A DNA stretch of 64,000 bases from Anaerolineaceae bacterium (GTDB taxonomy: Bacteria > Chloroflexota > Anaerolineae > Anaerolineales > Anaerolineaceae): positions 1 through 64,000 of the forward strand of contig JBAQLH010000021.1 in NCBI GenBank assembly GCA_049301715.1, written 5' to 3'. The position numbers were made by a program, and so were the translations under genes. Below are positions 58,716-64,000 of this stretch, in pieces. Position 1 is the stretch's first letter. The number at the start of each line of letters is the position of its first letter. The notes beneath the pieces were generated by a model that searched no databases, had not been told where the DNA came from, and saw only the letters and a program-made list of their open reading frames with translations.

Positions 58716-59555
58716 ATGATCCAGAATTGCAAGATTGCCATCATCGGCCCCGGCGTGATGGGCAGGACGATTACAGACAGCCTAATCCATACCGGCAAGG
58801 TTGATCCAGGGAACATCATGCTGGCTGGACCAACAGCCGCAAGGCTGACACAACTTCAGCAGGAATTTGGAGCCCGGGGGGTGACGGATAACGCCGAAGC
58901 TGCCAGATGGGCCAACGTCTTGATCCTGGCGGTCAAACCACAGCGTCTGACCCAAGTGGCTACGTCCCTGAAAGGAGCGCTTAGGAAAGACACCCTGGTT
59001 ATTTCAATCCTGGCAGGGGTAACAACCACAACCCTACTTGAGAAATTGGACACAACCTGCATCGTACGCGCCATGCCTAACACGCCGGCACAAATTGGTC
59101 TTGGCATTACCGTTTGGACCAAAACTCCCCAGGTAGATTCGGATATGCAGGAATTGACTGCCCAGATCATCCAAACCATGGGTGAGGAAATCTTTGTGGA
59201 AGATGAATCCTATCTGGACATGGCGACAGCCTTATCTGGAACCGGACCGGCTTATGTGTTTCTGTTTATGGAAGCCATGATTGATGCCGGCGTTCACATG
59301 GGCTTTCCCCGCCGGATCGCCGAACAATTGGTAGTCCAAACCCTGAGAGGCAGCACTGAGTTTTACGACCAAAATCATGAGCATCCCGCCCGCCTGCGTA
59401 ACGATGTGACCTCCCCTGGCGGCACTTCCGCTGAGGCGTTATATTATCTCGAAAAGGCAGGCTTTCGCACAGCCATTTCCCGCGCAATTTGGGCCGCCTA
59501 CCAGCGTTCAATTGAGCTGGGGCAGGGTAAGGTCAAACAGAATTTGGAAGGTTGA
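58716..59555 (+). CDS. proC: pyrroline-5-carboxylate reductase
   Basis: NADP Rossmann IAIIGPGVMG, conserved middle and C-terminal P5CR dimerisation domain (GTSAEALYYLEKAGF). GGAG SD. Confidence 0.85.
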   Translation: MIQNCKIAIIGPGVMGRTITDSLIHTGKVDPGNIMLAGPTAARLTQLQQEFGARGVTDNAEAARWANVLILAVKPQRLTQVATSLKGALRKDTLVISILAGVTTTTLLEKLDTTCIVRAMPNTPAQIGLGITVWTKTPQVDSDMQELTAQIIQTMGEEIFVEDESYLDMATALSGTGPAYVFLFMEAMIDAGVHMGFPRRIAEQLVVQTLRGSTEFYDQNHEHPARLRNDVTSPGGTSAEALYYLEKAGFRTAISRAIWAAYQRSIELGQGKVKQNLEG

Positions 59556-59819
59556 TCCATGACTGATCTCTTGTTAGTAGCTCCTCCAAATTTAGCTTAG
59601 TCTGGTTGTCCTATGGAGTTTTTCGTCGATTTCACCAACGCCTCGCTTGGGATGCCGTCGGAACCTACAAGTTTAATGATTCTGCTAAAGATAACTATCT
59701 CCAACAGATGTCCCGGTGACTGGTTACAACTCGCTAAAATCCTAGAGGGTCGTTCAGGATATCATCCCTGGGTTTCGCCCGAAAATGTCTCATCTCATTT
59801 AAAGAGGGAGCATATTATT

Positions 59820-61032
59820 CTACTGAAAAGGAAACGGCATCTTGCAAAGCAGGGTTTCCTGATCATTAGTCATCATATTATTGATTAAACTCCAAACAAC
59901 GAATCCATTCCCTAGTTCAGCGTTTCCTACCCCTCTATCTCCGTCCCCAGGATCATAAATATAAATTTTACGATTCATGACATCGGTAATAGAAAATGTA
60001 AGTGAATTTTTGCCGTGAAGATTAATAATCGTTTGATAGTAAGGGTATTGGTTGAATAATTTGACATCCGAATTAGGCGTGCCAATGAACGGCAAAGAAT
60101 ATGTTTCATGTGATTCAATGTTATAAAAAGTAAGCTTTTGCGGGTTATCAAATCTTAAGTTGTTTTTCCAAACTAAATAGGGGTAATTCAACTGAGGCAT
60201 AGACCCTGGAGCAAAATAGGGTATCTGCTCGAAATGTTGTGATTCTAAGTTCAGAAGTGCTATGTCAATTAACTCAGGCTTGTCTATGTCGTTTGGATCC
60301 CGTTCGATAACAAGATACCGGTTCGAAGCCTGGATGATTGTGTCCAATAGACAATTCCATTTTCAGCCGACACATAGAAATTTAACAGGCTTGTATTTGA
60401 TTTATCACGGTTAGTGACTTCTATCTGATTTCCGTTGGTTATGTTTAAGGCAAGCAATTGCCAATAGCCGTCTGGATTTCCTGTGGGGTTATTTGTATCC
60501 ATGAAAACTAACCAGTTATTTGTCAGATGCATCGGAAAGATATTCAGGAAGCCTTGTTCAAATTGAGATTTATAAATTAACTCTTTTTCCCCAAATTCGA
60601 ATGGCATTTTATATAAATTCATTGGTTCCGTCATAAGTACAAAATAGATGTTCTTCTCATCCAATATGATTCTGCCAATCCTAGTCTTCCCTAAATTCGT
60701 GCAATATTTGGTCTCTTGTTCGACGGGGAGATCAAAAAAAACTTCGATAATTCATCCTCTGTTAGTATTCTTGCTGTCATTTCAGAAACTTCAGTGGTGA
60801 CCGGAAGTACAGTTGCAACGGATGTTTCCTTTGGTGTTACGGCACTAGGCATTTCAATTGCAGACGAAAGTGCTGTTTCTGTTAGATTGGTATTCGAGCT
60901 TAACACATCGGATGTTTTTTTTAGCTGTGGGGTGTTCGTCGGTTTTAGTGCTCCTGGCTGACAGCCGGTTAAAATCGTCATCAGAATACAAATAGATAAT
61001 ACTATTTGAACTTTGGAAAATAATTTCATCAA
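59820..61032 (-). pseudogene. lipoprotein gene disrupted by two frameshifts, in an AT-rich patch
   Basis: Three consecutive minus-strand ORFs in three different frames (60691-61032, 60284-60664, 59820-60347). The first has a lipoprotein signal (ILMTILTGC). The second and third begin with TTG and abut or overlap the preceding one. The sequence reads continuously across both junctions (…ENGIVYW / DTIIQASNRYLV…). Local GC is well below the window average. Confidence 0.45.
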
Positions 61033-61282
61033 AACCTCCGAAATACTCAGCTATCCTCCAAATATAGAGGATGGCTAAGTGCAGTCAATTAACTATTACC
61101 ATGCCTGAGCATTATTTTGACTAACCCGATACCACAGCCAAAACAAATCTACTTTATTAAAGTACGCTCCAGTATACCCTGCTGTTGTTGAGGAAGGCAA
61201 GATGTAATCCTTCGGTCAACACCCGCGCTCGGCACTTCCAAGGGCTTCGCACTCAGACCGGTGCGAACGGAGAAATCGGGTT

Positions 61283-61349
61283 TTATAGGTTGGCGTTGAG
61301 CGATTACCACAAATAAACCGATCCTCTTAGGTCTGAAGCGAAACCCAAC
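61283..61349 (-). repeat. copy E of the conserved intergenic element (minus orientation)
   Basis: The reverse complement reads GTTGGGTTTCGCTTCAGACCTAAGAGGATCGGTTTATTTGTGGTAATCGCTCAACGCCAACCTATAAAAC, nearly block-for-block identical to copy A. Confidence 0.5.
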
Positions 61350-61666
61350 ATGGCAGATAGAGACTTACAATCAGGCAAGGGGGTTCACAACCTTCCGCAT
61401 GACAGAAGAAACATAGAAAACATACCACCAAAGCCCATGCTCGGTCCGGAGACCGTCCTGAAACAAGTATTTATTCCGGCTTATTTCCGACTAACTTTTT
61501 TTATGGTTCAACAACCAATAATCAATCATCAGCAACATTAAACCTTTCTAAACCTCTAACTTGATAACGTTATAATTCGACCTCTCCAGGGCTCTGTTTG
61601 TGATTATAATTATTGGTTGCACATCAATAATAGAACAAATGATTGAATTATTAACCAGGATACCTT

Positions 61667-64000
61667 ATGCCAAATGAAAACCTGCGCGTGGTCGGTGCGC
61701 GTGAACATAATCTTAAAAACATTACCGTCGAAATCCCCCGGGATAAGCTGGTTGTACTGACCGGTTTGTCAGGTTCCGGCAAGTCCTCGCTGGCTTTCGA
61801 TACCATCTTTGCCGAAGGGCAACGCCGCTATGTCGAATCCCTCTCCTCTTATGCCCGTCAGTTCCTCGGCCAGATGGACAAACCGGATGTGGATTCCATT
61901 GAAGGGCTTTCCCCGGCGGTTTCGATTGACCAGAAAGCCACCACACACAACCCACGCTCCACGGTTGGCACGGTCACCGAGATATATGATTATCTCAGGC
62001 TGCTCTTTGCCCGGATTGGCGTTCCGCACTGCCCGATTTGCGGCCGCGTGGTCCAGCGCCAGTCCGCCCAGGAAATCGTTGAGACGATCGAAGCCTTGCC
62101 GGCGGGCAGCCGCCTGCTGATCCTGGCTCCAGTCGTCAGGGAACGAAAAGGCACCTACCAAGCAGTCTTCAGCGAGATCAGCAAGTCTGGCTTCCTGCGC
62201 GTAAGGGTCGATGGTGAAGTGCACAACCTGGACGAAGACATCCCGTTGGACCGCTACAAAAAGCACACCATCGAAGCAGTCGTGGACCGGGTTGTGCTCT
62301 CTCATCCCGAGGCAGAAGATGAAATTCAGGCTGCCCGTTCGCGCCTGACTGACTCAATTGAAACAGCACTCAAGTTCGGGGAGGGTTATGTGACCGTCCA
62401 AAACCTCAGCCTGAACCCTGCTGAGGATATCCAATTCTCGGAAAACCTGGCATGTCCTGAACACGGCTCCATCCTGATTGAGATCGAACCGCGCACCTTC
62501 TCCTTCAACACCCCCCACGGCGCTTGTCCAACCTGCCAGGGGCTGGGCAGCCGGCAAGAGATTGATCCCGACTTGCTTATCCCGGATAAATCCCTTTCCT
62601 TGCGAGAGGGTGCCATCGCTGCCATGGAATGGTCTGGTCCCCGCGAAGACGGCGGATACTACTGGCAGATGATTGAAGCTGTTGCCAAAAACAACCATTT
62701 TGAGCTGGACACTCCGGTCAGTGAATTGGAAAATGAACAACTTCGCCAGATCCTCTATGGCAGCAATGGGCATGAGATTAAGGTGGAATTTACCGGCAGG
62801 AATGGCCGTAAGAGTTCCTTCACTACCACCTTTGAGGGTGTCATCGGCAATATGGAACGCCGCTACCGCGAAACCCAGTCCGAATATATCCGGACGAAAA
62901 TTGCCGAGTTCATGGGGGTTAAACCTTGCCCGACCTGCGGAGGCAAGCGCCTGCGGAAAGAAGCTCTGGCCGTCACCGTGGCAGATAAAAACATAATCGA
63001 AGTCACCGAGTGGCCAGTTAACCGCACGCTTGAATGGGTTGACCAGCTTTCTTCTGAAGGAATACTCAATTCCCGCCAGACGGCTATTTCCGAACGCATT
63101 CTTAAAGAAATTAAGTCCCGGCTCAGCTTTTTGGTGGATGTTGGCTTGGATTATCTCACTCTCCAGCGCTCCGCCAGCACCCTCTCAGGCGGCGAAGCCC
63201 AGCGCATCCGCCTGGCAACGCAGGTGGGTTCCCGGTTGATGGGTGTGCTATACGTTTTGGACGAACCCTCGATCGGCCTGCACCCGCGCGACAACCGCCG
63301 GCTGCTGAATACCCTCGAAGGTCTGCGCGACCTGGGCAATACCGTCCTGGTGGTCGAGCATGATGATGAGACCATCCGCACTGCTGACTGGGTGATTGAT
63401 CTTGGCCCCGGGGCTGGTGAACACGGCGGAGAAATCGTGGCCGAAGGCACCCCCGAGCAAATCCAGGCAGACCCCCAATCAATCACCGGCGCGTACCTCT
63501 CGGGCCGCATGCGCGTCCCGTTGCCGGAAAAACGCCGCCAAGGCAATGGTAAATCTATACGCATCGTTGGTGCTACTGAAAACAACCTGAAACACCTTTC
63601 TGTGGATATCCCGCTGGGCAAGTTTGTCTGCATTACCGGAGTCTCCGGTTCCGGCAAGTCCACCTTGTTGGTGGATGTGCTCTACAACTCGCTGGCGCGG
63701 CAGTTGCACGGCGCCCATACCCAGGCAGGCGCGCATGAGCGCATCGAAGGCACACAATACCTGGACAAAATTATCAATATCGACCAATCCCCCATTGGCC
63801 GCACGCCTCGCTCCAACCCAGCCACCTATACCGGCATCTTCGATGACATTCGTGACCTGTTCACCGAGCTGCCCGACTCTAAAATGCGTGGTTACAAAAA
63901 AGGTCGCTTTTCCTTCAACATCAAGGGCGGGCGCTGTGAAGCCTGCCAGGGTCAGGGGCAGTTAAAAATCGAGATGCAGTTTATGCCGGATGTGTATGTG
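61667..64000 (+). CDS. uvrA: excinuclease ABC subunit A (5' ~778 codons; continues beyond the window)
   Basis: Missing from the ORF track because it has no stop in the window. The frame is open from ATG 61667 to 64000. N-terminus [55 protein letters not shown]. Second ABC module ([10 protein letters not shown]). Ends ...[12 protein letters not shown], matching the UvrA C-terminal Zn-finger region. Confidence 0.9.
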   Translation, partial: MPNENLRVVGAREHNLKNITVEIPRDKLVVLTGLSGSGKSSLAFDTIFAEGQRRYVESLSSYARQFLGQMDKPDVDSIEGLSPAVSIDQKATTHNPRSTVGTVTEIYDYLRLLFARIGVPHCPICGRVVQRQSAQEIVETIEALPAGSRLLILAPVVRERKGTYQAVFSEISKSGFLRVRVDGEVHNLDEDIPLDRYKKHTIEAVVDRVVLSHPEAEDEIQAARSRLTDSIETALKFGEGYVTVQNLSLNPAEDIQFSENLACPEHGSILIEIEPRTFSFNTPHGACPTCQGLGSRQEIDPDLLIPDKSLSLREGAIAAMEWSGPREDGGYYWQMIEAVAKNNHFELDTPVSELENEQLRQILYGSNGHEIKVEFTGRNGRKSSFTTTFEGVIGNMERRYRETQSEYIRTKIAEFMGVKPCPTCGGKRLRKEALAVTVADKNIIEVTEWPVNRTLEWVDQLSSEGILNSRQTAISERILKEIKSRLSFLVDVGLDYLTLQRSASTLSGGEAQRIRLATQVGSRLMGVLYVLDEPSIGLHPRDNRRLLNTLEGLRDLGNTVLVVEHDDETIRTADWVIDLGPGAGEHGGEIVAEGTPEQIQADPQSITGAYLSGRMRVPLPEKRRQGNGKSIRIVGATENNLKHLSVDIPLGKFVCITGVSGSGKSTLLVDVLYNSLARQLHGAHTQAGAHERIEGTQYLDKIINIDQSPIGRTPRSNPATYTGIFDDIRDLFTELPDSKMRGYKKGRFSFNIKGGRCEACQGQGQLKIEMQFMPDVYV

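Noticed and set aside
59613-59888. 91-aa plus-strand ORF in the AT-rich patch
   Set aside because: No SD, odd composition, overlaps the 3' end of the frameshifted lipoprotein gene on the opposite strand. Likely non-coding.
61769-63787. Multiple 60-180-aa ORFs on the minus strand and in other plus frames (e.g. 61769-62305, 62354-62773, 63151-63663, 63479-63787)
   Set aside because: They lie antisense or out of frame inside the uninterrupted uvrA reading frame (61667 to beyond 64000), which has unmistakable UvrA motifs. They are GC-rich shadow ORFs.

Overview
This 64-kb window reads as ordinary chromosomal DNA from a roughly 52-55% GC bacterium, with no obvious mobile island or defence locus. 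S-box regulation, a DinG with a fused exonuclease domain, pyruvate:ferredoxin oxidoreductase (PFOR), a LysM lipoprotein and many non-SD or leaderless-looking starts suggest a Terrabacteria or Chloroflexi-like organism; this is a low-confidence guess. I could support about 50 protein genes.

Genes of known function, in order along the window:
- A PP2C phosphatase and an OmpR-type response regulator with no kinase, preceded by an SH3b membrane protein and an alpha/beta hydrolase.
- A frameshifted PPK2, then tatD, trmI, a Nudix hydrolase, rplY and a YqiK-type flotillin.
- A SAM-I riboswitch leading a metH / yitJ-like (homocysteine methyltransferase + MTHFR) operon.
- Secreted proteins of unknown function, a TolB-like propeller lipoprotein and a GH36-like alpha-galactosidase translationally coupled to tsaC-prmC-prfA.
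- An EF-G paralogue with an altered GTPase centre, nnr, a GNAT acetyltransferase and an alkyltransferase-like (ATL) protein.
- The dnaG-rpoD operon, a DHOD-like protein, PFOR, a Nudix hydrolase, a LysM lipoprotein and a DinG helicase-exonuclease.
- rseP, a HEAT-repeat protein with a poly-acidic tail, acyP, uvrB, ino1, a PNPOx-like protein, sodA, yjbQ, a GPH transporter, a UPF0104 membrane protein, proC and a 5'-partial uvrA.

No tRNA, rRNA or CRISPR array was seen.

The most unusual signal is a recurring conserved element of about 80-150 nt found only in intergenic regions (blocks GTYGGGTTTCG / AAGAGGATCGG / TTTGT / CGCTCAACACCAACCTATAG). It has at least three full copies in both orientations plus partial copies. 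Two copies carry a hairpin with a conserved loop, and a terminator-like hairpin lies downstream of three of them. It looks like an unannotated small-RNA or structured-repeat family.

Other points of note:
- an AT-rich patch (about 59.6-61.6 kb) holding a doubly frameshifted lipoprotein gene;
- a PPK2 broken at a C-run;
- a 24-bp tandem direct repeat downstream of the response regulator;
- several clear intrinsic terminators and promoters.
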